64,000 bases of DNA from Candidatus Latescibacterota bacterium (GCA_029941565.1 JAPYRN010000019.1:4228-68227); one strand, 5' to 3'; positions 1 to 9,250 are shown, numbered from the stretch's first letter. Program-made: numbers and translations. Notes: generated from the letters alone by a model not told the origin.

Positions 1-661
1 TGATGACACCGATAGTGATACCTTTGGGATAACGCCCACCCATACCGGATGAGACGACGAGGTCACCGACCTTAATATCCTTGCTGGCATCCACGTATTC
101 GAGTAGAAAACGATTGCCCGTCGTCGGTGATACCACCCCATGTGCACGGCTGCCTTGGACCACGGCGCTGACACGGGCGTCGAAAATGAGACGCACCACG
201 GAACTATGGTGATCGACCACCTTGATATGTCCCACCAACCCGGCAGCTGTTATCACAGGCCAATCTAGCTCTAGTCCAACGTCCCGACCGGCATTGATGA
301 CGAGGACGTCGAACATCTGGTCCGGGTCGCGGCCGATCACTTCTGCCGGAATCACCTCCCCGGTGGGGTTGCGTTGCCGGAACAGCAATGCCTGTCGTAG
401 CCGTCGGTTCTCCTCTGCCGCCTCCCTCAAGTGCATGTTCGCCAGAGCGAGAGCAACATTCTGTGTCAGCAGATGCTGCGCACGCTGCTCGCCCCGAGCG
501 AAATGAATGACACGGGAAAACACCCACTGCCCCGTCGACCAGGCACTCCGACGCAACTGCCCTGCCACGACTTCTTGACGGTCGTCGGGCAAGCCCAAGA
601 GGGTCAAGGCCGCCAGAATGCAGAGGCCGATGCTGATGAAGTCGCGGTTACGTTGGGCCAA
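1..661 (-). CDS. mreC: Rod shape-determining protein MreC (3' end runs off the window edge)
   Basis: Absent from the ORF track because no stop lies inside the window. My reverse-complement translation from TTG at 661 reads MAQRNRDFISIGLCILAALTLLGLPDD...GHIKVVDHHSSVVRLIFDARVSAVVQGSRAHGVV...DLVVSSGMGGRYPKGITIGVI, with no stop down to position 2. It has a single N-terminal TM and an MreC-like C-terminal SGxGGxxPKGxxIG motif. It lies directly downstream of mreB. The start codon is uncertain. Confidence 0.8.
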   Translation of the reverse strand, partial: MAQRNRDFISIGLCILAALTLLGLPDDRQEVVAGQLRRSAWSTGQWVFSRVIHFARGEQRAQHLLTQNVALALANMHLREAAEENRRLRQALLFRQRNPTGEVIPAEVIGRDPDQMFDVLVINAGRDVGLELDWPVITAAGLVGHIKVVDHHSSVVRLIFDARVSAVVQGSRAHGVVSPTTGNRFLLEYVDASKDIKVGDLVVSSGMGGRYPKGITIGVI

Positions 662-716
662 AATTTAAGCCGGAGGTCGAGGTGTGCCACGGGACTGGCC
701 GGCACTCCCTTTGTTT

Positions 717-1736
717 CTAGTAGAGGACCTTCTGATAGCGCTCGAATTCATCGAGCACACGGGCATTGCCACGGACTACCGCCGACAGCGGATCTTCGCT
801 ATCGAGGTAGGTGGGCAGGCTGGTGGCCTCGATGAGGCACTCACGCAGGCCGCGCAGTTTGCCACCGCCACCGGAGAGCACCATCCCTCGATCCAGGATG
901 TCGGCCGCCAATTCGGGCGGTGTGCGCTCCAGGCTTCGGCGGACGCCGGCGACGATCTGCGCTACAGGACCAGAGAGGGCCTCGCGGATTTCGCGTGAGT
1001 CGATCATAAGCGTCTTGGGAATGGCTGCCACCAGGTCTCGACCGCGCACAGGTGCTTCCTCTTCTGGATCCAGAGGCATGGCGCAGCCGATCTGAAACTT
1101 TAACTGTTCGGCATTCCGTGGGCCGATCAGGAGGTTGTACTTCTTGCGCATCCACTCGATTATGGCACGGTCCATCTCGTCACCGGCAATCCGGATCGAT
1201 TCGGCGGTAACCACGCCGGACAGCGCGATGACGGCGATCTCCGTGGTGCCACCACCTACGTCGATGACCATCGACCCCACCGCTTGCTCCACAGGGAGTC
1301 CGATACCGATGGCTGCAGCCATCGGCTCACTCACCAGATAGACTTCGCGGGCCCCGACTCGTTCGCAGGAATTGCGTACGGCACGCTTCTCGACCTCGGT
1401 ACTGCCAGAGGGTACCGAAACGACGATGCGTGGACGCACAAACAGCTTGTTCTTCTGTACTTTGCGGATGAAATGCCGGATCATCTCTTCGGTGACTTCG
1501 AAGTCGGCGATGACACCGTCTTTGAGGGGGCGGATGGTCTCGATCTCCGAGTTCTCCCGCCCCATCATCTCCTTCGCTTCCATGCCGACGGCGATGAGTT
1601 TCTTCGTCATGACGTGGCGGGCGACGATGGAGGGCTCGTTGAGCACGATCCCCTCCCCCTTTACATAGATCAGGGTATTCGCTGTGCCGAGATCGATACC
1701 GATATCGTTGGAGAAAAAACGCGACAGAAATGCCAT
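717..1736 (-). CDS. mreB: Rod shape-determining actin homologue MreB
   Basis: 339-aa ORF. The N-terminus FSNDIGIDLGTANTLIYVKGEGIVLNEPSIVA and the DVGGGTTEIAVI phosphate-binding motif are typical of MreB. Confidence 0.95.
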   Translation of the reverse strand: MAFLSRFFSNDIGIDLGTANTLIYVKGEGIVLNEPSIVARHVMTKKLIAVGMEAKEMMGRENSEIETIRPLKDGVIADFEVTEEMIRHFIRKVQKNKLFVRPRIVVSVPSGSTEVEKRAVRNSCERVGAREVYLVSEPMAAAIGIGLPVEQAVGSMVIDVGGGTTEIAVIALSGVVTAESIRIAGDEMDRAIIEWMRKKYNLLIGPRNAEQLKFQIGCAMPLDPEEEAPVRGRDLVAAIPKTLMIDSREIREALSGPVAQIVAGVRRSLERTPPELAADILDRGMVLSGGGGKLRGLRECLIEATSLPTYLDSEDPLSAVVRGNARVLDEFERYQKVLY

Positions 1737-1787
1737 TCACTCGCCCTTCGCGCGGCACGCCGTATTCGGGGCCGCTCCATAGCTTGA

Positions 1788-1934
1788 TTACTTGCGCTCT
1801 TGATCTTGCTGCAGCCAGGCTTTCACCATTTTTGCTGCATCTTCGCTCTTCTCGCTGAGCAGGTGCCTGATTCGCTCTGCCCGTGCCTCGCGAGACTCTG
1901 CGTCGTTCTTGTCGGAATCCTTTTCCTCTGCCAT
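1788..1934 (-). CDS. Small hydrophilic hypothetical protein (48 aa)
   Basis: Below the ORF-track size cut-off. Hand translation gives MAEEKDSDKNDAESREARAERIRHLLSEKSEDAAKMVKAWLQQDQERK. A GGAGG sits 5 nt upstream of the ATG (minus strand reads tgGGAGGgagccATG). It lies 51 nt upstream of mreB on the same strand. No family recognised. Confidence 0.35.
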   Translation of the reverse strand: MAEEKDSDKNDAESREARAERIRHLLSEKSEDAAKMVKAWLQQDQERK

Positions 1935-2108
1935 GGCTCCCTCCCACCGACGATTCAGGGGCTGAACCGCGCTAAGATAACGGTGCCCTTCACATTCTGT
2001 CCACTCACTGAGCCTTTCGTGCCTTCTGCGCTAAACGTATATTCCAGAAGGGCATACAGGAGCCTGAGAGAAGCATCGAACATTGGACCCGGAGGCAATT
2101 GAGAAGAG

Positions 2109-2615
2109 ATGAACAGAGCGGCCAAGAACGTGTTACGGAAGCTGGGCGAGGATATAGATCTAGACGAGGAACGGGAGCAACTGGCGACGCGCGAACAGGA
2201 GGACGCCCAGAAGCGACAGATCGACACAGAGTCGCAGCGCATGGCGGATCGTAACCGCGATGCAGGGCTTTCATCGGTGCCAGAAGAGATGCGCTCCGCA
2301 TCCGAGCACCGCCACGACCACTATCGCAGACGTCAGGCCATGGGCGGGCAGTTCACTCCGGCGGCCGAACGGTTGCCGATCATGACCGCCGCCGAACGCA
2401 AGTCCCGTGACAAGGACCGGCCCAAATACCATGCTACCGAGTTCGAGGGACCGATCGAAAAATTGCTCGAAAAGTACCCCGATCTGGCCGAGGTGCAGAG
2501 GCATCTCACGCTGGGGCAGTCGATGAAGTATGAATTCACTGAGGACGGGCGGGTTCTCGATCGCGATGGCAATATGATCTTTGACGGCGAAAAAGTCGTC
2601 TCCGCAAAGAAGTGA
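2109..2615 (+). CDS. Hypothetical highly charged protein (168 aa)
   Basis: This is the only long ORF here that is not antisense to a recognisable gene. It is K/R/E/D-rich with no TM segment or signal peptide. No family recognised. Confidence 0.5.
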   Translation: MNRAAKNVLRKLGEDIDLDEEREQLATREQEDAQKRQIDTESQRMADRNRDAGLSSVPEEMRSASEHRHDHYRRRQAMGGQFTPAAERLPIMTAAERKSRDKDRPKYHATEFEGPIEKLLEKYPDLAEVQRHLTLGQSMKYEFTEDGRVLDRDGNMIFDGEKVVSAKK

Positions 2616-2713
2616 ATTCCCTCAAACAGGCCAGCCCTCTTCACCTTTTCCCCACCCCCCCCCACCCCTCTCGGCCACTGATCCAACGCAGCCTGCGCCA
2701 TCGGTGGCCAGCC

Positions 2714-3412
2714 ATGGCGCTGATGCTGGCGCTCGTCGCTTGTGGTTCGACCCCAGAGCCGGCGGCGGATACGACAACCAGGCAGTTGCTGGAGTGGGCG
2801 ACAGAACAGGCCGCCGAGGGCGCTCTCGGTGAAGCCACCATAGGCTATCGTCGAGTCCTGCAGCGTGATAGTCTCGAGGTCACTGCGCTACTTGGGTTGG
2901 CCCAGATCTACAAACTTCAGGAACGGGATGGCCCTGCGGATCTCTATCGTAGACGGGCGTTCCACGTGCATTATGCTGAGGGGCTTGCATGGGCTGCCAA
3001 GGATGTCCCGGACAGCGCCCTCATGGCACTGGAAAATGCCGCTCGTATCATGCCCCTACATCCACTCGCCCACCTGCGCCTGGGAGAGTTGAAGATGGCT
3101 GCCGGACAGACGGCCAGCGCCATCGAGAATTTCGAACGCGCCGTCGAGGCGAATCCACGATTTGCGGAAAGTTTGATCACCCTCGGCCAGGCGTATGCGG
3201 CCAGCGATCGTCTCACGGACGCTACAGCCGCCTTCGAGCGCGCGATCGATGCCAACATCAACGCACTGGAAGCCTACTTGGGGTTGGGTCGAATATTTGA
3301 CGGACAGCAGGAGTGGGCGGCGGCGGCTGATCATTTTTCCAAGGCACTGCTCATCAACCCTCAGTCTGAGCCTGCCCTCCGGGGCCTCGACCGGGCGCGT
3401 GCCCACCTGTAA
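2714..3412 (+). CDS. TPR-repeat lipoprotein
   Basis: The ORF 2612..3412 probably starts at the internal ATG at 2714. This gives MALMLALVACGS, a signal peptide with an LVAC lipobox. The rest of the protein consists of repeated TPR-like A/L/Y-rich helices (e.g. AIENFERAVEANPRFAESLITLGQAY). Confidence 0.75.
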   Translation: MALMLALVACGSTPEPAADTTTRQLLEWATEQAAEGALGEATIGYRRVLQRDSLEVTALLGLAQIYKLQERDGPADLYRRRAFHVHYAEGLAWAAKDVPDSALMALENAARIMPLHPLAHLRLGELKMAAGQTASAIENFERAVEANPRFAESLITLGQAYAASDRLTDATAAFERAIDANINALEAYLGLGRIFDGQQEWAAAADHFSKALLINPQSEPALRGLDRARAHL

Positions 3413-3472
3413 TCGCTGTGCCGTTGGCGACAGGGAACTTGCCAATCGTTTTAGAAGAAAGGTGTCGACACT

Positions 3473-4039
3473 TTGCTACGATCCCGCGTCCCTGCCCTCC
3501 TGTTGTTTGCCCTCTTCGCCACCGCCTGTGGCAAAACCGATGAAAAAGCGTCCGCCGAGACTCAGCCTCCGACCGTCGACATGACGGCAGCGACGGCTTA
3601 CGGAAGTGTCGCCGAGGTCTCCGCTTATCTGCAAACCATCAATCCCCACATCACCACCTTCAGTAAAATGCAGCAGGAGTATGAAGAGGCCCTGGCCAGT
3701 ACCAAACAGGGCAACGCCGACCGGCGCGGAACCGGGCGGAATCTTGCGGCAGCCGTGCGGCCGGGGTTGCAGTCGGTGCTGGAGGAACTCGACAACATCG
3801 AACCACCTCCCCTGCTGGCCCCATTTCATCGCGACACGCGCAAGATGCTGGTGACCCGGATCGATGCGCTCGCACGCACCATCGAGGGCTGGGAGGTCGA
3901 GCAGGCTGAGGGTGGCTTCGAGGCCATTTATCAGGACGCCGAGACCAAGTACGAATCCGCCAACCAACTCATCCTGCAGTTGAATCGGCAGATGGACAGC
4001 ATCAACACCACAGTGCAGGAGGCGGCAGGCTCTCCCTGA
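3473..4039 (+). CDS. Hypothetical lipoprotein
   Basis: 188-aa ORF with a TTG start. The N-terminus MLRSRVPALLLFALFATACGK has a signal peptide and a lipobox-like ATAC. The remainder is helical and hydrophilic. No family recognised. Confidence 0.6.
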   Translation: MLRSRVPALLLFALFATACGKTDEKASAETQPPTVDMTAATAYGSVAEVSAYLQTINPHITTFSKMQQEYEEALASTKQGNADRRGTGRNLAAAVRPGLQSVLEELDNIEPPPLLAPFHRDTRKMLVTRIDALARTIEGWEVEQAEGGFEAIYQDAETKYESANQLILQLNRQMDSINTTVQEAAGSP

Positions 4040-4065
4040 TCACCTGTCGAGCCTGGTATTGCGCC

Positions 4066-5097
4066 GTGCTCGGATGGCTGCTCCTGGTGCATGCGGGCTG
4101 TGCTGAGGTCGGCTACTATCTGCATCTGGCGCGTGGGCAGGTCAGAATCACACTCGCGCGTCGCTCTTTGAACGACGTGCTCGCCGATTCGACCACATCG
4201 TACGAACTACGGGACAAGCTCCTGCTCGTGGAGGAGATACGACGCTTCGCCGGCGACGAAGTCGGTCTCCATGGCGCCACCTCAAATTATACCGACTACT
4301 ATGACACGGGCGGACAACCGATCGCCTGGAACGTGTCGGCGAGTCCACCCGATCGCTTCGAATCCTATCGTTGGTCCTTTCCCCTCGTCGGCGCACTTCC
4401 GTACAAAGGGTACTTCCAACGACAACACGCCGTCGCCGAGCGGGATCGCCTCGTCGAACTCGGGTACGATGCGATCGCCAGCGGCGTGCCCGCCTATAGC
4501 ACGCTCGGGTACCTCTCCGACCCGGTCCTGAGCACCATGATCGATGGGCCCGAGGATCGTCTCGTGGAAGTCGTGCTGCACGAACTAACCCATGCCACGG
4601 TATACGTAGAGGACGAGACCGATTACAATGAGAGTGTCGCCTCCTTTGTCGGCAAAGTCGGCTCCCTCACCTTCCTGGCACAGCGATACGGTGAGAATTC
4701 AGAGCAGGTTGAGCAAACCAGGCTCAGGCGCGCCGATGCCTCCGCCTTCCAGAGCTTTCTGCGGGTCGTAACCGCGCAGCTCGACAGTCTCTATGAGAGT
4801 GGCTTACCCCGCCCTCAGATTCTGCTGCAGCGGGTACGGCTGTTCGACGAGGCCAAACAGCAATACAGCAACCGCAGGCAGACTCTCGGTGGTGGGCGTT
4901 ATGACGGCTTCCTCAACTGGGAACTGAACAACGCCCGACTGCTCTCCTATCGGCGTTATCACAGTCACTTCGATCGTTTTGATGCCGTTCTCACGCGAGT
5001 TCATGGGAAACTCGCTACGGCGGTAATCGCCTTCGTCACCTGTGGCGACGCCGAGGACCCGTGGACGTGCCTCGATGAGGCCGGGACCGCCGAGTAA
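4066..5097 (+). CDS. Putative zinc aminopeptidase ('putative aminopeptidase' family), lipoprotein-like
   Basis: 343-aa ORF. The N-terminus MLGWLLLVHAGCAE is lipobox-like. It has an HExxH zinc motif in VVLHELTHATVY. Overall it resembles the bacterial predicted-aminopeptidase family as I recall it. Confidence 0.65.
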   Translation: MLGWLLLVHAGCAEVGYYLHLARGQVRITLARRSLNDVLADSTTSYELRDKLLLVEEIRRFAGDEVGLHGATSNYTDYYDTGGQPIAWNVSASPPDRFESYRWSFPLVGALPYKGYFQRQHAVAERDRLVELGYDAIASGVPAYSTLGYLSDPVLSTMIDGPEDRLVEVVLHELTHATVYVEDETDYNESVASFVGKVGSLTFLAQRYGENSEQVEQTRLRRADASAFQSFLRVVTAQLDSLYESGLPRPQILLQRVRLFDEAKQQYSNRRQTLGGGRYDGFLNWELNNARLLSYRRYHSHFDRFDAVLTRVHGKLATAVIAFVTCGDAEDPWTCLDEAGTAE

Positions 5098-5121
5098 CCT
5101 TGCAGGCGACGCGGCCACGTA

Positions 5122-6729
5122 TCACCTCGCTCTTTCGGCAAGCATCCGCGCCAGTCCCCGCGTGGCTTCCAGGTGGCTTGGCTCGTATTGGAGGACCTCT
5201 CTATAGGCTGCCTCTGCCTCCGGGTCGTCAAGTGCCACACGCAGGGTGGCGACCGCAAAAAGCGCCTGCACGAATCCGGGGCGAGCGGTGCTGGCGGCTA
5301 CGTAACTGGACAGCGCTTCGGGGAGACGGTTGAGATTCAACAGCGCCGCTCCCTGGTTGTAGAGTGCATCGGGATATCGTGGGTGGATGCGCAACGCCTC
5401 CCGGTAGGCGGCGAGCGCTCCTTCGTGATCGCCCAGTTGCTGCAACCAGCCGCCGCTTCCATAATGTGCCCTCGCGCTCCTCGGACTCACCCTCAGTGCA
5501 CTCGCAAACAGGGTACCATCATCCCGCCAATCGGCAGTGCGCTGCCGCACCAAACAGACACACAACAACAGCCAGCAGCCGACGATGACGACGCCCACGC
5601 CACGACGACATCGACGATGCAGATCTGCCAACAGCGTCGCCGCACCGATTCCGCCAGCAGCCAGCACCGGGTAGGCGAGTCGCTCAGCGTACATGGTGCC
5701 GACGGGGACCACAACATGAGTGGCCAGAGCAAGCATCGAGAGCGAAGCTGCAGCCCAGAGGGTTGCCTGAGGCTGACGACGAATCAGGATCCAGAGGAAG
5801 ACGACCAAAGAGAGGCATAACATGAGTGGTGGCAACCAGGACAGCAGATCCCTGGTGATGATCACCGGGATCGCATCGTAGGAATAATCCGCCGACAGTG
5901 GCCACGGAAAGATGACGAGTAGCAGATACCGAATCACCAGCGCCGGCGCGTTGAGCCAGCGCGTTACGATGTCGGCGAAGGCGAGGGGATTGTCGAGGAA
6001 GCCGATGCCTCCGGGATCGAGGTGTCCGGTGAGCAATCCGCGTACTGCGACGGGCACCACCAGAGCCATGACACCACCGAACAATGGCAGGCGCCGTCTG
6101 TCGTGGAACAGCAGTGCAGCGACTGCACCGACGGCGAATACCGCAGCATTCTCTTTGGCCAATGACGCCAGGGCGAGTACGATGGTTGCCATGATGATCG
6201 TGCGCGCCGTCCGCGCGGTGACGAGGAAGGCCGCTCCCGTGACCCCGGCGATGAAGGACAACAGATCGGCCATGCCAACGACGGCGTTGACGACCTCTGA
6301 TCCGGCGGGATGGACACACAACAGTGCGCCCGCCAACCAAGCGACCCGCACCGATAGACCCGTGCGCAGCGCCGCGGTTGCCAGCGCCAGACCCGCGAGC
6401 CCATGCAGCGCCAGGGAGACGACGTGGTAGGGCGCGGGGCGCAGACCGAACAGCAGGCGCTCCAGTGTGATGAGATGAAGCGTGAGAGGGCGGTAGAGCC
6501 CCCCTGTGGTGCCGGTCACGCCTTGCCAGTAACTCGTCTGCCACATCTGGCCCCAGGCAGCTTCAGCGACAAAACGATTGGCGCCAACCATCCCTGAGTC
6601 ATCGAGGCAGAATCCGTTATCGATGACACCGGCATAGGCTGCAATCGTCAGTACCGGAAACAATAACCAGGGGGTAGGAGCAAGCCGCAGAAACCGCGAG
6701 CGTGCAGTCGGAGTCCTACCTATGAGCAT
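5122..6729 (-). CDS. Polytopic membrane protein with C-terminal TPR repeats, GT-C/TMTC-like putative glycosyltransferase
   Basis: ORF 5122..6843. I prefer the internal ATG at 6729 (MLIGRTPTARSRFLRLAPTPWLLFPVL). The first ATG overlaps the divergent tatT ATG within the 4-mer CATG. There is a first-loop GFCLDDSG acidic DD motif, about 10 hydrophobic segments, then TPR repeats (AHYGSGGWLQQLGDHEGALAAYREALRIHPRYPDALYNQG). Confidence 0.7.
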   Translation of the reverse strand: MLIGRTPTARSRFLRLAPTPWLLFPVLTIAAYAGVIDNGFCLDDSGMVGANRFVAEAAWGQMWQTSYWQGVTGTTGGLYRPLTLHLITLERLLFGLRPAPYHVVSLALHGLAGLALATAALRTGLSVRVAWLAGALLCVHPAGSEVVNAVVGMADLLSFIAGVTGAAFLVTARTARTIIMATIVLALASLAKENAAVFAVGAVAALLFHDRRRLPLFGGVMALVVPVAVRGLLTGHLDPGGIGFLDNPLAFADIVTRWLNAPALVIRYLLLVIFPWPLSADYSYDAIPVIITRDLLSWLPPLMLCLSLVVFLWILIRRQPQATLWAAASLSMLALATHVVVPVGTMYAERLAYPVLAAGGIGAATLLADLHRRCRRGVGVVIVGCWLLLCVCLVRQRTADWRDDGTLFASALRVSPRSARAHYGSGGWLQQLGDHEGALAAYREALRIHPRYPDALYNQGAALLNLNRLPEALSSYVAASTARPGFVQALFAVATLRVALDDPEAEAAYREVLQYEPSHLEATRGLARMLAERAR

Positions 6730-6759
6730 GCGGCAGATCTGCCGCGCATCCAGTCCTCC

Positions 6760-6788
6760 TTGACGGTCCTTCGTGGGGCTCGTGATAT
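6760..6788 (+). promoter_or_regulatory. Candidate sigma70-type promoter for the tatT-TRAP operon
   Basis: TTGACG (6760-6765), a 17-nt spacer, then TGATAT (6783-6788). It lies in the 112-bp divergent intergenic region upstream of the tatT ATG at 6842. This is a pattern match only. Confidence 0.3.
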
Positions 6789-6841
6789 TAGCCACCTTCT
6801 GCCTACCCTCTTCCTCGCCGCAATCGATAACGGATGTTCCC

Positions 6842-7720
6842 ATGGACCGACGGGCAGCCTTGCATCTCCGCTACCTCCTGATCAGCCTCGTGGTGGCTGG
6901 CGCGCACGGAGGTTGCTCCTATATCCGCACGACGGCAACGGGTGGTCTCGTCGAGGACGTTTCGCTCGCGGCGCTCAAACACGACGACGTCGATCTCGTA
7001 TTACAGGGCATGCCCACCTATCTGCTGCTCTTGGAAGGTCTGATCGAAGGCGATCGGAAGAACGCAGAACTGTTGCGCCAGGCGGCTGAAGCATACACCG
7101 GCTACGCCACCTTGATCGAGGCCGCGGAGTCACAGCGTGCGGCGGCATTGCTCACCCATGCCAGAGAATACGGCATGGCGGCCCTCGTCGCCCGGCGACC
7201 TGCCGTGGCTGGACTGGTCGCCGGGCCATTCTCCGAGTTCGAAGATATCGACCGTCACTTGCACAAAGCTGACCTGCCCTACGTATTCTGGGCGGCCAGT
7301 TCCTGGGGCGCCTGGATCGGGGCAAACCTCAACTCCATCGCCGCCCTGGCCGACCTGCCGCGGGTCATACATCTGATGCGCTGGGTCATCGAACGGGATG
7401 AGCACTTCCGACATGGCGCCCCCCACGTGTTCCTCGGCGTCTACCATGCCGCCCTACCACCGGTCCTGGGTGGCGAACCAGAGCGTTCCCTGTTTCACTT
7501 TGAACGAGCCCTGGAAATAACCGATGGACAGGATCATATGGTCCGCATCCAGATGGCGCGCTTCTATGCTCGCCAGATCTTTGATCGCGAACTCTATGTG
7601 GAACTCCTCGAGCAAGTGCTCTCCTCCCCGGCCGATGTGGTCGCAGAATTCACACTGCAGAACAACGCCGCAAAACGCCTGGCCGAAACAATGCTTCAGG
7701 ATGTCGATGTTTACTTCTAA
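6842..7720 (+). CDS. tatT: TRAP transporter TatT-component family protein (TPR-like periplasmic/lipoprotein)
   Basis: ORF 6773..7720, with the likely start MDRRAALHLRYLLISLVVAGAHGGCS. The helical-repeat protein contains MPTYLLLLEGLIEGD. It lies directly upstream of, and overlaps, a DctP-type receptor gene, as in TPR-protein-associated TRAP (TPAT) systems. Confidence 0.65.
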   Translation: MDRRAALHLRYLLISLVVAGAHGGCSYIRTTATGGLVEDVSLAALKHDDVDLVLQGMPTYLLLLEGLIEGDRKNAELLRQAAEAYTGYATLIEAAESQRAAALLTHAREYGMAALVARRPAVAGLVAGPFSEFEDIDRHLHKADLPYVFWAASSWGAWIGANLNSIAALADLPRVIHLMRWVIERDEHFRHGAPHVFLGVYHAALPPVLGGEPERSLFHFERALEITDGQDHMVRIQMARFYARQIFDRELYVELLEQVLSSPADVVAEFTLQNNAAKRLAETMLQDVDVYF

Positions 7721-8732
7721 CCTGCTTGGGAGAGGCGTTGGCATCGCCCTGTTTGTGCTCACCCTTGTCGCACCAACCACCGCAAAGACGGTACTCAAGA
7801 TCGGTACGCTTGCGCCAGATGGGAGCAGTTGGATCACCGCTCTGCGAGCGATCGATGACGAGATCCGCAGCGCAACCCAGGACCAGGTTCGGCTCAAGAT
7901 TTACCCTGGCGGCGTCCAGGGTGACGAGGATGTCATGCTGCGCAAGATTCGCATCGGCCAACTCCACGGTGCAGGCCTCGCCGGTACCGGCATCAGCCAC
8001 GTGCTACCTGACATGCTCGCCTTGCAGATGCCGTTCTTGTTCGATAATTATGCCGAGGTCGATTACGTACTGGAACAGATGGAAAGTTACTATCAACAGG
8101 CCTTTCTCGAAGCCGGTTTCACTGTGCTCGGATGGTCCGATATCGGCTTCGTCTACCTGATGACACAACAACCCGTGGCCAGCGTGGCGGACATTCGTGG
8201 ACACAAGGTCTGGCGACTACAGGATGAACCGATCACCGGTGTCCTGTTCAAGGAGGCGGGGGTTACCTCCATTCCTCTCGCCATCCCTGATGTGTTGCTC
8301 GGTCTGCAGACGAATCTGATCGATGTCGTCTACGCCTCACCAGCGGCGGCGATCGTGTTGCAGTGGTTTACTCGGGTCAAATACTACACGAACGTTCCCA
8401 TCAACTACTCGCTCGGCGCTTTCGTCATACAGCAGAAGGCCTTCGAACAGATCACGGCGACGCAGCAACAACAGTTGCTTGAGATCTCAAGACGCCACAT
8501 CAGGACACACAATCAGAAGGGCCGAGCCGATAACGAGGATGCTCTGCAGATCATGCAGCGAGAGGGAATTGCTGCCGTTGATTCTTCGCCAGATGCGATC
8601 GCCAGTTTCCAACAGCTTGTGCGTGACGTGACACCACACTTGGTAGGTGAAGCTTTCAGTGCGCAGGTGTATGAGCAGATACTGAGACACTTGGCCGACT
8701 TTCGCGCCAAGGCAGAATCCGAGACGCCGTGA
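7701..8732 (+). CDS. dctP: TRAP transporter substrate-binding protein, DctP family
   Basis: ORF 7524..8732. The realistic start is ATG 7701 or 7707 (MSMFTSNLLGRGVGIALFVLTLVAPTTAKTVLKIGTLAPDGSSW), giving a signal peptide and a DctP-like fold signature. It is followed by dctQ and dctM. Confidence 0.85.
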   Translation: MSMFTSNLLGRGVGIALFVLTLVAPTTAKTVLKIGTLAPDGSSWITALRAIDDEIRSATQDQVRLKIYPGGVQGDEDVMLRKIRIGQLHGAGLAGTGISHVLPDMLALQMPFLFDNYAEVDYVLEQMESYYQQAFLEAGFTVLGWSDIGFVYLMTQQPVASVADIRGHKVWRLQDEPITGVLFKEAGVTSIPLAIPDVLLGLQTNLIDVVYASPAAAIVLQWFTRVKYYTNVPINYSLGAFVIQQKAFEQITATQQQQLLEISRRHIRTHNQKGRADNEDALQIMQREGIAAVDSSPDAIASFQQLVRDVTPHLVGEAFSAQVYEQILRHLADFRAKAESETP

Positions 8733-9250
8733 CGGCAGCCACCCCCGACTCCGGCTCCGAGGCCGACCACCGGCCATGGTACCACCACGTCGAAGAGGGG
8801 CTCCTCGTGCTACTCGTCGGTGCCCTTCTCCTGCTCGCATTCGGCCAGATCCTGTTGCGAAATTTCCTTGGTGTCACCTGGGTCTGGAGCGAACCCCTGG
8901 TCCGCCATCTCGTACTCTGGTCCAGCTTTCTCGGCGCCCTGATCGCCACCCGCGACAATCGACACATTCGCATCGACGCCGCCCTGCGGTTGCTGCAGCC
9001 GCGCCTGCGCCTGATCGCAACCGCCGTCGGCAACGTCATCTCCGCCACGGTCTGCCTGTTGCTGGCGCCATTGGCTGCACGCTTCGTCCTGGATGAGTAC
9101 AACTACGGGGGGAGTGCATTTCTGAGTCTGCCGCGGTGGACGCTGCTGCTGGTTTTCCCTGTGGTCTTCTGCGGCATGGGCCTTCGTTTTGCCGGGCACG
9201 GCGTGGCGCAACTGCGCAACGCTGTCTGCCGACAATCCCCGGGTAACTGA
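8729..9250 (+). CDS. dctQ: TRAP transporter small permease, DctQ family
   Basis: 173 aa with four hydrophobic segments. Its GTG start overlaps the dctP stop (GTGA), and it abuts dctM. Confidence 0.8.
   Translation: MTAATPDSGSEADHRPWYHHVEEGLLVLLVGALLLLAFGQILLRNFLGVTWVWSEPLVRHLVLWSSFLGALIATRDNRHIRIDAALRLLQPRLRLIATAVGNVISATVCLLLAPLAARFVLDEYNYGGSAFLSLPRWTLLLVFPVVFCGMGLRFAGHGVAQLRNAVCRQSPGN

Noticed and set aside
1327-1947. 206-aa minus-strand ORF spanning the mreB 5' end and upstream region
   Set aside because: It is out of frame with mreB and has a basic, low-complexity sequence. The small Shine-Dalgarno-preceded ORF at 1788-1934 explains the non-mreB part better.
5684-6544. 286-aa minus-strand ORF in an alternative frame of the GT-C/TPR gene
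   Set aside because: It is extremely Arg/Gly/His-rich (RRRRWHGRSVVLHRRGHGSG...). The overlapping frame encodes a coherent polytopic membrane protein.
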